Numbered from the stretch's first letter, positions 20,562 through 30,637 are shown. The stretch: 59,206 bases of DNA from Bacteroidota bacterium (GCA_025350595.1 JANXXP010000353.1:1-59206); one strand, 5' to 3'. The notes: a model not told the origin generated them from the letters alone. A program made the numbers and translations.

Positions 20562-20636
20562 AAATGTAATATTCTACAAATTTTATCACGCAAAAGTAGT
20601 GAATAAATGCATCAAATTCAACTATCTGTGTCAAGA

Positions 20637-21764
20637 TCAGCGGATGAGCCTGGTTACCTTTAATGCGAGGTCAAGAAAGATAATTTTTGCATTACCATTT
20701 GCTTCAATGTGCGAATAGACAAGGTCAAGTTCTTCCGTAAGGGGGTAAATATTATTCTGATTTATGGAAGGGTGGAATTTTCCGGAGAAATTCGCCTCTT
20801 CACCGGTAAGAAAAACCAGGTTGTTTTTGAGTTGATCGAGAGATAACATAAGGTTCTCACGAAGAAGTCGCAGGGAAAATGACACAAAATTCTTCTGTGC
20901 TTCCCTTCCTGTTGAGGCGATCTCTTCCGACCAGCTAATAATCGATATGACATCCCGTTTCCATGCAAAACGCATCAGACTTTTAAACCTTTCAAGGTTT
21001 TCGATGGATGAGTCTTCATTTTCGCAAAGGTCAATAGCTCTGATAATATTGCCGTTCGAAACACGCGATATGTCTGCTGCTTTGTCACTTGTCAGATTAA
21101 AACGTTGAGTGATATATTTTTCAATCTCGTGATTTTTGAATGAGGGGATCTTTACCAGCTGACATCGTGAAAGGATTGTTGGAATAACTTTATCAGGTTC
21201 TCCCGAAACAAGTAAAAAGAGTGTTTTCTCGGGTGGCTCCTCAATCATTTTAAGGAGCTTATTGGCTGTTGCCTGATGCATCTTTTCAGGAAGCCAGAGA
21301 ATCATAATTTTAAAATCTGATTCAAAAGTTTTAAGGCTGAGCTTCTTGATTATCTCAGATGCTTCCGATGCAAATATCATCCCCTGGGCATTGCCGACTT
21401 CGATTGAATCGAACCAGTTATTAACAGTAAAATAAGGAGACTTTTGTACAAATTCTCTCCATTCTGCTAAATAATTATCGCTGACAGGGTCAGGAAATTT
21501 CTTTGATTTAATTACAGGAAACACGAAGTGCAGATCGGGATGGATAAGCTTTTCGTATTTCACACACGATTTACATACTCCGCATGAATCATGTTCAGTA
21601 CGGTTCTCACAACTTATATATCTGGCGTAAGCAAGAGCAAGAGCCATACTGCCACAGCCTTCCGGGCCGGAAAAGAGCTGGGCATGACTTACTCTTGCTT
21701 CCTTAACAGATCTGAGAAGCTTCCCGATAATCTCTTTTTGTCCCGGTATCTGAGCAAAGTTCAT
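20637..21764 (-). CDS. holB: DNA polymerase III subunit delta'
   Basis: HAQLFSG, Zn CGVCKSC, HPDLHFVFP, ANKLLKMIEEPP, TILSRCQ. Confidence 0.93.
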   Translation of the reverse strand: MNFAQIPGQKEIIGKLLRSVKEARVSHAQLFSGPEGCGSMALALAYARYISCENRTEHDSCGVCKSCVKYEKLIHPDLHFVFPVIKSKKFPDPVSDNYLAEWREFVQKSPYFTVNNWFDSIEVGNAQGMIFASEASEIIKKLSLKTFESDFKIMILWLPEKMHQATANKLLKMIEEPPEKTLFLLVSGEPDKVIPTILSRCQLVKIPSFKNHEIEKYITQRFNLTSDKAADISRVSNGNIIRAIDLCENEDSSIENLERFKSLMRFAWKRDVISIISWSEEIASTGREAQKNFVSFSLRLLRENLMLSLDQLKNNLVFLTGEEANFSGKFHPSINQNNIYPLTEELDLVYSHIEANGNAKIIFLDLALKVTRLIR

Positions 21765-21787
21765 CTTCCAAAAAATCTTTTAGCTTA

Positions 21788-22285
21788 TTATAATGCTGCT
21801 AATGCTTTATCATAATCAGGCTCCTGGGTTATCTCAGGAACAAGTTCGGTATAAGTAACTTTGCCTTTTTCATCAACAACCACTACACTACGTGCATAAA
21901 CACCCGCCAGCGCTCCGTCAAGTATGTCAACGCCATAAAGTTTACCGAAAGCCGAATCGCGGAAACCGGAAAGAGTTGTGACATTTTTAATTCCTTCTGT
22001 TGTGCAGAATCTGCTATGAGCGAACGGAAGATCCTTTGAAATTGCAAGAACAATGGTATTATTCATGCCTGCAGCCATCTGGTTGAATTTGCGAACCGAA
22101 GTGGCACATGTCGATGTGTCAAGGCTCGGGAATATATTCAGGATAAGTTTTTTTCCCTTTAGTTCAGATAGTGAGAGGTTTCCTAAGTCAGACTTAACAA
22201 GTTTAAAATCAGGAGCAATGCTCCCTTTTGCGGGTAGGTTACCTGAGGTATTTACGGGATTTCCTTTTAAAGTAATTTTTGCCAT
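21788..22285 (-). CDS. tpx: Thiol peroxidase Tpx
   Basis: FPSLDTSTC, SKDLPFAHSRFC, EPDY; start trimmed to MAKITLKG. Confidence 0.96.
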   Translation of the reverse strand: MAKITLKGNPVNTSGNLPAKGSIAPDFKLVKSDLGNLSLSELKGKKLILNIFPSLDTSTCATSVRKFNQMAAGMNNTIVLAISKDLPFAHSRFCTTEGIKNVTTLSGFRDSAFGKLYGVDILDGALAGVYARSVVVVDEKGKVTYTELVPEITQEPDYDKALAAL

Positions 22286-22455
22286 AACTTTTTTTTTCAA
22301 ATTTAGTCAATTTTATGGAGAGGGAACAATTAAAAGAGAAGCAAAGAAGGGGACGGGGGGTGAGTTTATTGGATGTATATATAGATGAAGGTAAGTTCCT
22401 GGGATTAAATAGTGAGAAGTTGATTTTTATCAAATGTTTATTTCCAAAAAAAATG

Positions 22456-22463
22456 TAGGTTTG
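22456..22463 (+). promoter_or_regulatory. Bacteroidota -7 promoter element upstream of pgk
   Basis: TAGGTTTG ~40 bp before the start. Similar elements occur at 11548-11555(-), 16274-16281(-), 20591-20598(-), 23872-23879(+), 29359-29366(+), 39525-39532(+), 48959-48966(-). Confidence 0.55.
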
Positions 22464-22503
22464 TAAACGAGAAATTCTATTGTTAAATAAAAATATATGA
22501 TCT

Positions 22504-23766
22504 ATGAAAATGATTCAGGACTTTAACTTCAAAGGAAAAAAGGCAATAGTCAGGGTCGATTTCAACGTCCCCCTCGACAAAAAAACTTTTGCAGTAACCG
22601 ACGATACCCGTATAAGGGGAGCTTTACTTACTATTAATAAGATACTTAATGATGGTGGCTGTCTCATTCTTATGTCGCACCTCGGAAGACCGGAAGGACG
22701 TATGGAAAAGTACTCATTAAAGCCCGTTCTTCCTGTTCTTGAAAAACTTCTCGGTAAAAAAGTACTTTTCGCTGACGATTGTCTGGGTGATTCGGCTGTT
22801 AAAATGTCTGCAGCACTGAAACCAGGCGAAATATTGCTGCTTGAGAATGTCCGCTTTTATCCTGAAGAAGAAGGGAAGCCTATCTTGCCTGAAGGAGTCA
22901 CAGAAGAGGTTAAGAAAGCTGCAAAAGCTGAGATGAAGATCAAACAGAAGGAGATGGCGAAGAAACTTGCCGGCTATGGAGAGATCTATGTAAATGATGC
23001 ATTTGGAACAGCTCACAGGGCTCACGCATCTACAGCTGTTATGGCTGACCATTTCGATACTGAAAAAAGGATGTTCGGTTTTCTGATAAACAGCGAACTT
23101 GCAGCAATGGATAAGGTTTTGAAAGATCCAAAAAGGCCATTCACTGCAATAATGGGAGGGGCAAAAGTTTCAGATAAGATTATGCTTATTGAAAACCTCA
23201 TAAACAGGGTCGATAATATTATAATTGGTGGTGGTATGACTTATACCTTTGTTAAGGCTATGGGTGGCAAAATCGGCAAATCGCTTTGCGAAGAAGATAA
23301 GCTTGATCTGGCATTATCGCTGATCGCAAAAGCTAAAGAAAAGGGAGTTAAAATCTTTCTTCCTGTTGACAGTCTGAATGCCGATAAATTTGATAACGAA
23401 GCGAACACATCTGTTACTACTGTTGATGCAGTTCCAGATGGCTGGATGGGTTTGGATATAGCTGAAAAAACAATTAAGGAATTTTCTTCAGTAATCGAGA
23501 ATTCAAAAACAATTCTGTGGAACGGTCCGATGGGAGTTTTTGAAATGGAAAAATTCTCTAAGGGTACAACTGCTGTAGCTAAAGCCATTGCAGCAGCTAC
23601 ATCAAAAGGTGCATATAGCCTTATTGGTGGTGGAGATTCTGTTGCTGCTATCAATAAAAACGGTCTTGCAGATAAAGTTAGTTATGTATCAACCGGGGGA
23701 GGGGCAATGCTTGAGTATATGGAAGGGAAGAAGCTGCCGGGGATTACCGCTATTCGTGGAGAATAA
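22504..23766 (+). CDS. pgk: Phosphoglycerate kinase
   Basis: [62 protein letters not shown]. Confidence 0.98.
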   Translation: MKMIQDFNFKGKKAIVRVDFNVPLDKKTFAVTDDTRIRGALLTINKILNDGGCLILMSHLGRPEGRMEKYSLKPVLPVLEKLLGKKVLFADDCLGDSAVKMSAALKPGEILLLENVRFYPEEEGKPILPEGVTEEVKKAAKAEMKIKQKEMAKKLAGYGEIYVNDAFGTAHRAHASTAVMADHFDTEKRMFGFLINSELAAMDKVLKDPKRPFTAIMGGAKVSDKIMLIENLINRVDNIIIGGGMTYTFVKAMGGKIGKSLCEEDKLDLALSLIAKAKEKGVKIFLPVDSLNADKFDNEANTSVTTVDAVPDGWMGLDIAEKTIKEFSSVIENSKTILWNGPMGVFEMEKFSKGTTAVAKAIAAATSKGAYSLIGGGDSVAAINKNGLADKVSYVSTGGGAMLEYMEGKKLPGITAIRGE

Positions 23767-23836
23767 AATAAAAGACAACCACCTTCACTTCGTTTCGGTG
23801 GTAAAAGAAAGGCACAAGATAAAAGTGATTAAAGTG

Positions 23837-23866
23837 AAAGGGCTGCATTTAGGTGCAGCCTTTTTA
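23837..23866 (+). terminator. Rho-independent terminator after pgk
   Basis: GGCTGCA-tttagg-TGCAGCC followed by TTTTT. Confidence 0.8.
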
Positions 23867-23887
23867 ATTTGTATCTTTGCAGATATT

Positions 23888-24418
23888 ATGAAAAGGACAT
23901 TTTATATATCAGTATTATTCGTGTCACTTCTAATGAGTTGCACGAAGGTAGAAAAGACTCCGACATCCGGGATAAGTACCATTGACAATACAATCTTTAA
24001 TCCGTTGAATCCATATGTATACGGGTTCTCATTTTCCAAAGCCGGGTTAGTATCCACCAAGACAAATCCGGGACCTGATATTCTGCTTTTTGTGAATATT
24101 GACAATAGTCAGCACCGGTTAACTCTTCAGGTTAATAATCTGAAACCATCCTTGTTTAAAGTGGGTGATTTTGCTGATGAGCCAGCAGCCATAGCTGCCT
24201 TTAATACTCTTACGACTGTTTCTGTGACACAATGGCTTGATATGGCAGATCCGCTAAGTGCAAACCAGGTATGGCTATACAAAACAGGCGATGATAAATA
24301 TGCAAAAATCAGGATAGTTAGTACTGTTAATGAGATAAGGCAGTTAATACCATATGGTGAATGCACTTTTCAATGGGTGTATCAACCCGACGGTTCAACA
24401 ACCTTTCCGGGTAAATGA
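23888..24418 (+). CDS. Hypothetical lipoprotein (176 aa)
   Basis: Start moved to ATG 23888 (MKRTFYISVLFVSLLMSC lipobox; -7 element at 23872). The ORF-track extension overlaps pgk and its terminator. Confidence 0.8.
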   Translation: MKRTFYISVLFVSLLMSCTKVEKTPTSGISTIDNTIFNPLNPYVYGFSFSKAGLVSTKTNPGPDILLFVNIDNSQHRLTLQVNNLKPSLFKVGDFADEPAAIAAFNTLTTVSVTQWLDMADPLSANQVWLYKTGDDKYAKIRIVSTVNEIRQLIPYGECTFQWVYQPDGSTTFPGK

Positions 24419-25404
24419 ACATTAAACTGAGAAACCGGATTTTCAATATTAAAAACCAGCCTGATTTTTTAGAAACAGTCCTGGAAATATTTCATTATCA
24501 GTATAATAAAAACACTGTCTATAAAGATTATATAAATAGCCTCAGGAAGAAACCTGAAGAGGTAAATACCCTGGAAAGCATCCCTTTTCTTCCGGTGGAA
24601 TTTTTCAGAAATCATCAGATAATTTCGGGGAACCAGCCTGTTGTTATGATCTTTGAAAGCAGTGGGACGACCGGAGTTACTCCCGGGAAACATTTTGTTA
24701 CAGACATTAGTTTGTATGAGGAGAGTTTCCTTAGCGCTTTCCGGCTTTTTTACGGTGCGCCTGAGGAGTATTTAATTGCAGCCTTACTTCCATCTTACAC
24801 TGAAAGAGAGGGTTCTTCACTTGTATATATGGCTGATCACCTTATTAAGAAAAGCCTGAATTCTTATAGTGGTTTCTATAGATCAAATTTTAGTGATCTT
24901 ATTGATACCATTGAGACAGCAAAAAAGTCAAATAAGAAAACTCTGCTGCTTGGGGTCAGTTTTGCCCTTCTCGATCTGGCTGAAAATCAATCTCCTGACC
25001 TTTCTGGTGTTACTGTTATGGAGACCGGAGGAATGAAGGGGAGACGAAAGGAAATTACACGTCAGGAGATGCATGCAATCCTGAAAGATAAATTCAATGT
25101 ACCGTCTATACATTCAGAGTATGGAATGGCAGAACTTCTTAGTCAGGCCTACTCGAAAGGCGATGGCATATTTTATTGTCCCCCCTGGATGAAAATATTA
25201 ATCAGGGATCCGCAAGATCCTTTATCAGTCATAACTGAGCCGGGAAGAACCGGAGGGATCAACATAATTGATCTGGCAAATATCAACTCATGCTCATTTA
25301 TTGCCACTAGCGATCTCGGAAAGCTTCATGAAGATGGTGGTTTTGAGATCCTGGGCAGGTTCGATAACAGCGACATAAGAGGCTGTAACCTGCTTGCTGA
25401 ATAA
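24415..25404 (+). CDS. LuxE-like acyl-protein synthetase / acyltransferase (ANL superfamily)
   Basis: IPFLPVEFF, FESSGTTG, METGGMKGRR, HSEYGMAELLSQAY, SCSFIATSDLG, LGRFDNSDIRGCNL. Confidence 0.85.
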   Translation: MNIKLRNRIFNIKNQPDFLETVLEIFHYQYNKNTVYKDYINSLRKKPEEVNTLESIPFLPVEFFRNHQIISGNQPVVMIFESSGTTGVTPGKHFVTDISLYEESFLSAFRLFYGAPEEYLIAALLPSYTEREGSSLVYMADHLIKKSLNSYSGFYRSNFSDLIDTIETAKKSNKKTLLLGVSFALLDLAENQSPDLSGVTVMETGGMKGRRKEITRQEMHAILKDKFNVPSIHSEYGMAELLSQAYSKGDGIFYCPPWMKILIRDPQDPLSVITEPGRTGGINIIDLANINSCSFIATSDLGKLHEDGGFEILGRFDNSDIRGCNLLAE

Positions 25405-25409
25405 AAAAA

Positions 25410-25466
25410 GTCATGCGGTCCTGCAAGTCACGCAGTCGAATATCCTAACATTCAGGACCGCAAGAC
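25410..25466. repeat. 14-bp inverted repeat between convergent genes (possible bidirectional terminator)
   Basis: GTCATGCGGTCCTG / CAGGACCGCAAGAC, 13/14 complementary. Confidence 0.55.
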
Positions 25467-25470
25467 AATC

Positions 25471-26664
25471 TTACAATCCAAGTTTTGTTTTTAATGCCGT
25501 AGGAATGGCATTCTTATTAACCATAATCGCAATGGTTTTAGCCATGACATAATTTTCGGATATATTAAGATAGCCTCCGAAAGGATTTCTGTCGGTGCCC
25601 CATGAATTCTTAGTTATATAGTATTTGGTGCCATTCTGGTCTTTAACAATACCGGTCATATGCATCAAATGATCATCAGTGGTTTTTTTGGTATCGAATC
25701 CTTCCTGACGAAATTCCTGTGTAACCTTAACTTCGGGGAATGGCTTAGCAAATTTATATGCTTCGGCAGTAAGTTCATCCTTAGTCATTTTACCTAACCT
25801 TGATTTATCTGCTGCTGAATACTGGTCAGTTTTTTCAAGCTCGGGAATAATTGCAACACCTTTTGAATGACTGAATCCCTTCTCGCTGACATCACCATCC
25901 CAGGCAACTGTAAAACCTTTAATAAGAGCGGAATCCATAACCTGTACAAGTTCATCAAGAGGGACATTATAGTAATTCATTTTTCTCCAGTTATCAGGTA
26001 TCGGGACTAATCCCTGTGTATAGAACGGGAAAAGTGTAAATGAAGTTATTTCAACATAATCATCTGCTTTTATTCCAAGGCTTGCTGTAAACGATTTAGG
26101 AGTATAGCCAACACCTTTATATGTAAAGGAAGTTGGTGTTTTCCCAAGATATGTGTCAAGTACCGCATCGACAATATTCAGATACTGATCGCTTTCTTTG
26201 CTTTTCTGTACAGGAACAGTTGCTATTGCATTGATAAATGAATTTAGTTCACTATGATTATGGTTTGGCTTAGCGTAATTCAATCCTGTATAAGCTTCAT
26301 CGGGCACAATTCCGTTTTTATTAAACTCATAAATCCAGTCATGACCAACACTACCCTGTCCAAGGTTTCCTTTTCCCTGCTGAATAAAGTTGTCTCTCAG
26401 TCTGTCAACATAGTTGTAACGTACTATCCACATTTCGGAAAGATCATATTCACCTTTTCCCATGCGAAGGAGTTCAGACTCAATAAATGAGGTTGTTGCA
26501 AAACACCAGCAGGTTCCTGTCGCAGACTGATTTTTGACAGGTGTTGCTTTTAATTCTACAACAGGAGTAAATTTATAACCTTCATCAGCGGTTTTTTTCT
26601 TCTGGCCGTACGACGGAAAGAGAAAAACAGATAATAATAGTACGAGAAATATACGAGTTTTCAT
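25471..26664 (-). CDS. Secreted aminopeptidase C (papain-like C1 family)
   Basis: Signal peptide; QSATGTCWCF, TDDHLMH and KNSWG catalytic motifs. Confidence 0.92.
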   Translation of the reverse strand: MKTRIFLVLLLSVFLFPSYGQKKKTADEGYKFTPVVELKATPVKNQSATGTCWCFATTSFIESELLRMGKGEYDLSEMWIVRYNYVDRLRDNFIQQGKGNLGQGSVGHDWIYEFNKNGIVPDEAYTGLNYAKPNHNHSELNSFINAIATVPVQKSKESDQYLNIVDAVLDTYLGKTPTSFTYKGVGYTPKSFTASLGIKADDYVEITSFTLFPFYTQGLVPIPDNWRKMNYYNVPLDELVQVMDSALIKGFTVAWDGDVSEKGFSHSKGVAIIPELEKTDQYSAADKSRLGKMTKDELTAEAYKFAKPFPEVKVTQEFRQEGFDTKKTTDDHLMHMTGIVKDQNGTKYYITKNSWGTDRNPFGGYLNISENYVMAKTIAIMVNKNAIPTALKTKLGL

Positions 26665-26752
26665 TTCTATGGATATTGATTTTTAAAAATGCAAGCTAAA
26701 AAGAAAAAGTAGAAATAAAAGTGATATGTAGCAAGTAATTGATAATTCAACC

Positions 26753-27073
26753 CTATCTTTTTCCTGCAATCAGATTATAAGAATGGTCAATCCACGAAAA
26801 TATCTCTTTATCAGGAACTGTCCCATCAAGAAATATTGTGTTCCAGTGCTTCTTATTCATATGATATCCTGCTGTTACTGAAGAATATCTTTCTCTCAGT
26901 TCTATTGCTAATGCCGGCTCGCATTTAAGATTAATACTCAGGTCACCATCAAGGTTTACAAGGGCGAATATTTTCCCTTTGGTTTTGAACACAAGAGTAT
27001 CCTCTCCAAACGGGAAGCTTTCTGAGGCGTCTTTTTTCGAAATGCAGTAGTCTCTTAATGTTTCGATATCCAT
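26753..27073 (-). CDS. MmcQ/YjbR family DNA-binding protein
   Basis: FPFGEDTLVFK, NLKCEP, GYHMNKKHWNT, IDHSY. Confidence 0.93.
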   Translation of the reverse strand: MDIETLRDYCISKKDASESFPFGEDTLVFKTKGKIFALVNLDGDLSINLKCEPALAIELRERYSSVTAGYHMNKKHWNTIFLDGTVPDKEIFSWIDHSYNLIAGKR

Positions 27074-27084
27074 CTTTTTTGTTC

Positions 27085-27450
27085 TTATCTGAGAGTAGGG
27101 TAGAACGCATCCTCAATATGATCGATCTGAAAATCCTCTCCTTTTTTTATAATAGTTATTACATCAAATCGACCCTCCTTATCAATATTAAACTTTTTTA
27201 TATAGCCGTCGGCAGCAAAAATTATTGATTTCTGCTTTTCTCTGGTAACGGCAGTAACAGGATGCATCTGATAATCATCGGATCTGGTCTTAACCTCCGC
27301 AAATACTATAAAATCCTTATTTTCAGCAATAAGATCAATTTCGTGCTTGCCCCATTTCCAGTTACGGAAAAGAATTTTAAATCCGGCTTTTTTAAGATGC
27401 CCGGCTGCCAGATCTTCACCTTTTTGACCCAGGTCGTGTGATTCTGCCAT
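27085..27450 (-). CDS. YraN (UPF0102) family putative nuclease
   Basis: LGQKGEDLA, RNW, EIDLIA, VFAEVKTR, RFDVI, HIEDAF. Confidence 0.93.
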   Translation of the reverse strand: MAESHDLGQKGEDLAAGHLKKAGFKILFRNWKWGKHEIDLIAENKDFIVFAEVKTRSDDYQMHPVTAVTREKQKSIIFAADGYIKKFNIDKEGRFDVITIIKKGEDFQIDHIEDAFYPTLR

Positions 27451-27458
27451 TGATATTA

Positions 27459-27539
27459 GATTTCGGATTTCGGATTGCCGATTTCGGATTCATTTTAATA
27501 ACTCATTTAATCCGTAATCGAAAAACCGCAATCCGCAAT
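27459..27539. repeat. Inverted pair of heptamer arrays (GATTNCG)n...(CGNAATC)n
   Basis: GATTTCG GATTTCG GATTGCC GATTTCG GATT (27459-27490) and AATCCGT AATCGAA AAACCGC AATCCGC AAT (27509-27539). Confidence 0.7.
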
Positions 27540-27544
27540 TTCTT

Positions 27545-28186
27545 CTAAATTTCAATTAATTTATTTCTTATTGCGAATAAAATCAGACTCGCGGTATTCT
27601 TCGAATTTGTTTTTCCAAGCAGGTTAGCCCTGTGCTTATCGACAGTTCTTTTACTTATAAATAAGGTATCTGCTATTTCCTGATTTGACAATCCCTCACA
27701 TATTTTAAACAATATTTCCGTTTCTCTCTTTGAAAGATTGGCTGATTTACTCTCGTGTTCGCGGTGTTTAATCTTCTGAATAACATGATAAAGTAACTCC
27801 TGGGAGAAGTAATTACCCCCTTTTTTTACTGTAAGAATAGCCTCTTTTACTTCAGAAATATCTGAATCTTTCAGGAGGAATCCTTTCGCACCGGCGTCTA
27901 CCATTTTATAATAGTACTCTTCCTCTCCATACATCGAAAGGGCAATAATGTTTATTTCCGGACAAATCTTAAGGCCTTTCCTTGTTGCCTCTATACCATC
28001 CATTTCAGGCATATTGATATCCATAAGGACAATATCAGCCTGGGTGTTTTTCAGGATTTTCAGGAATTCTTCACCATTTGATGCCTCACCGGTAACCTCA
28101 AAATCAGGGAAGGCATTAAGGAGAATTTTTAATCCGTTACGAAAGAGCTGGTGGTCGTCCGCTATTATTATCCGTATTTTTTCCAT
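27545..28186 (-). CDS. NarL/FixJ-family response regulator (receiver + LuxR HTH)
   Basis: IADDHQLFR, LMDINMP, LSKRETEIL..GLSNQEIADTLFISKRTVDKHR. Confidence 0.95.
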   Translation of the reverse strand: MEKIRIIIADDHQLFRNGLKILLNAFPDFEVTGEASNGEEFLKILKNTQADIVLMDINMPEMDGIEATRKGLKICPEINIIALSMYGEEEYYYKMVDAGAKGFLLKDSDISEVKEAILTVKKGGNYFSQELLYHVIQKIKHREHESKSANLSKRETEILFKICEGLSNQEIADTLFISKRTVDKHRANLLGKTNSKNTASLILFAIRNKLIEI

Positions 28187-28211
28187 TATTAGTTGTTCAT
28201 TCTAAGAGGAA

Positions 28212-29174
28212 TCATTCAATCAGTTTGATAAGCGCACTTGTTCCTTTTCCGGGGGAACTTTCCAGAATAAAAACCCCTTCAACGGTTTTTACTCGTGTCT
28301 CAATATTCGATAACCCCATCCCTTTAGTATCTTCTTTACTGAGTGTTGAAGTGTCAAAACCCCGCCCGTTATCATAAAACTGCAAGGTAATGAATTTTTC
28401 GTGTTTGTTTAATTCAATCTCAATCCGGGAAGCTCCCGAGTGAAGAATTGAATTATTAATAAGCTCACATACAGCGCGATACACAACAACCTCTTTTTCA
28501 TTCTCCAGACGATGATTTTCCATATTGGTTTTAAAGACAATTTCAACTGCTTTTGTCTGATTTAATTTTGTTGTAAAGGCTCCTATCGCACTCGAAAGTC
28601 CAAAATTAGTAAGGATATGCGGACTCAGATTATTTGATATTTCCTTAATGGTGCTGATAGCTTCATTTACCAGATGGGTTGTGTTATTCAGGATTATTGT
28701 GCCAGAAGAATCTGTTATTCTTTCGTGAAGCGCTGAGAGGGACATTTTTACAGTTGACAAAATGGGTCCGAGTCCGTCGTGAAGATCTTTTGCGAACCTT
28801 TTTTTCTCATTCTCCTCTGTGTTAATAATGGCATTAATTACCCTTTTTTCAGACCGCAAACGGTCACTATCTGCACGTTTGAGGGAAAGGAATAATTCAC
28901 GTATAAGGATAACGCCACCAATTATCATAATTGAAATTAGAACTCCAAGCCATTCGTCAATCATATGCCATGTAAAAGAGGGTGTTCCCCTGAAAAATTC
29001 AAAAAACTGGATTATCAATCTGACTGCCATGAAAGCAAATGAGAGAGAAAGTAAGATCCATGACAGTCTGTATTTTGTGAGCTTCATAAATCTCAAAGCA
29101 ATTACTGCAGCAATGATCTGCAGAATAATTGAGATTATCAGAGCAATAAGCCGTACAATCGGTATTGAATTCAT
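28212..29174 (-). CDS. Membrane sensor histidine kinase (HisKA_3 + HATPase)
   Basis: Three N-terminal hydrophobic helices, AKDLHDGLG, ELINNS..H, DNGRGF, GMGLSNI, PGKGT. Confidence 0.93.
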   Translation of the reverse strand: MNSIPIVRLIALIISIILQIIAAVIALRFMKLTKYRLSWILLSLSFAFMAVRLIIQFFEFFRGTPSFTWHMIDEWLGVLISIMIIGGVILIRELFLSLKRADSDRLRSEKRVINAIINTEENEKKRFAKDLHDGLGPILSTVKMSLSALHERITDSSGTIILNNTTHLVNEAISTIKEISNNLSPHILTNFGLSSAIGAFTTKLNQTKAVEIVFKTNMENHRLENEKEVVVYRAVCELINNSILHSGASRIEIELNKHEKFITLQFYDNGRGFDTSTLSKEDTKGMGLSNIETRVKTVEGVFILESSPGKGTSALIKLIE

Positions 29175-29251
29175 ATTACAAAAATATGAGAATATTTATC
29201 CAAATCACCAACACCGTATTAAATAATAATGGCGTAGAGGCACAACAGCGC

Positions 29252-29329
29252 AACGGTATATTGGTATTGTGTACGGAACGGTATATAGGTATTGTGTAGG
29301 GAACGGTAGCGACCGTTCCCTACACAATA
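29252..29329. repeat. GTAG-type REP-like palindrome preceded by a 25-bp tandem duplication
   Basis: Perfect 18-bp arms TATTGTGTAGGGAACGGT (29290-29307) / ACCGTTCCCTACACAATA (29312-29329); 25-mers at 29252-29276 and 29277-29301 differ at 2 positions. Confidence 0.75.
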
Positions 29330-29386
29330 TGCATCGTTGCACCATTGCGCCTTTTTTATACCTTTGGCAATTCAAAATTGAATGGC

Positions 29387-30637
29387 ATGAGGTTTTTTTA
29401 CAACATTGGAATTTACATTTTCTCGGCTTTAACCTATCTTATATCTCCATTTAATGCTAAAATATCATTATGGGTTAAAGGAAGGACGAACTGGGCTGAG
29501 AAGATCAGGGATAAGATAAAACCAGGTGATCATACCATATGGATTCACTGTGCCTCGCTCGGAGAATTTGAACAGGGTCGACCACTATTGGAAGCAATCA
29601 AAAATGAAATGCCGGAATTAAAAATTGTCCTGACATTTTTTTCACCCTCAGGGTATGAGATACAAAAAGATTACTCCTATGCTGATTGTATAAGTTATCT
29701 TCCTGTTGATACTCCGGGAAATGCTGCGAAATTTGTTACTCTCGTTAATCCCGAATATACCATTTTTGTTAAGTATGAGTTCTGGAATAACTATATATCA
29801 GTACTTTATAAGAAGCATATTCCAATATACCTGGCCTCGGCCATATTCAGACCCGGGCAGCATTTTTTTAAATGGTATGGATCATTCTTCAGAGGAATTC
29901 TAAAAAAGTTCGATAGTATATTTGTGCAGGATCAGAATTCCATGGATCTGTTAGAAAGCATTGGAATTAAAAATGGGTTGATTGCCGGCGATACCCGTTT
30001 TGACAGAGTAGTTCAGATTGCTGGAGCTTCTCAAGATATTCCTCAGCTTGAACAGTTCAGGGGAGATGAAAAATTGTTTCTTGCCGGAAGCAGCTGGAAA
30101 CAGGATGAGGAGATTATTTCGCAATATATCAACAGGTTTCCTGATAAGATGAAATGGGTTTTTGCTCCGCACGAAATTGGTAAACCAAATATTGAGAGGC
30201 TTGAGAAACTACTTAAAGTTAAATCTGTAAGATTTTCTGATTTCAATCAGTCGTCAGCTGATGCCAGAGTCATGATTATTGATAATATTGGTATGCTTTC
30301 ATCGGCGTACAAATATGCGTATATTGCAGCTATAGGAGGAGGGTTTGGGAAAGGAATTCATAATATCCTTGAGCCTGCCTGCTGGGGAGTTCCTGTTATG
30401 TTTGGACCCGACCATAAAAGTTTCCGGGAGGCAGTTGATTTAATTAATGAAAATGGGGCAGTTACTTTCGATTCCTACAAAATATTTTCAGATCTTCTTA
30501 ACAAATGGTTGACAGATGAACTGTTTTACTTAAAATCCGTAAAAATTACTCTTGATTATATTAATAAAAACACAGGAGCTACCGGGAAAATTTTACGAGT
30601 GATCTTAAGAAAAGATATTAACAAATCAAGCTCATAA
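29387..30637 (+). CDS. waaA: 3-deoxy-D-manno-octulosonic acid (Kdo) transferase
   Basis: IWIHCASLGEFEQGRP, TFFSPSGY, YLPVDT, KYEFW, GDTRFDRV, IHNILEPA; start trimmed to ATG 29387. Confidence 0.94.
   Translation: MRFFYNIGIYIFSALTYLISPFNAKISLWVKGRTNWAEKIRDKIKPGDHTIWIHCASLGEFEQGRPLLEAIKNEMPELKIVLTFFSPSGYEIQKDYSYADCISYLPVDTPGNAAKFVTLVNPEYTIFVKYEFWNNYISVLYKKHIPIYLASAIFRPGQHFFKWYGSFFRGILKKFDSIFVQDQNSMDLLESIGIKNGLIAGDTRFDRVVQIAGASQDIPQLEQFRGDEKLFLAGSSWKQDEEIISQYINRFPDKMKWVFAPHEIGKPNIERLEKLLKVKSVRFSDFNQSSADARVMIIDNIGMLSSAYKYAYIAAIGGGFGKGIHNILEPACWGVPVMFGPDHKSFREAVDLINENGAVTFDSYKIFSDLLNKWLTDELFYLKSVKITLDYINKNTGATGKILRVILRKDINKSSS

Noticed and set aside
22862-22960. Insertion in Pgk ([22 protein letters not shown])
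   Set aside because: It resembles the insertion I recall in Bacteroidales Pgk; a lineage feature, too short for an intein
23588-23887. 100-aa N-terminal extension of the lipoprotein ORF
   Set aside because: It overlaps pgk and its terminator; the signal peptide and promoter point to ATG 23888
24415-25404. LuxE-like gene as a bioluminescence locus
   Set aside because: No luxA/B/C/D; stand-alone LuxE-like genes are common in Bacteroidota
29252-29329. 25-bp direct repeats as a mini CRISPR array
   Set aside because: The units are contiguous with no spacers, there are only two full copies, and no cas genes are present
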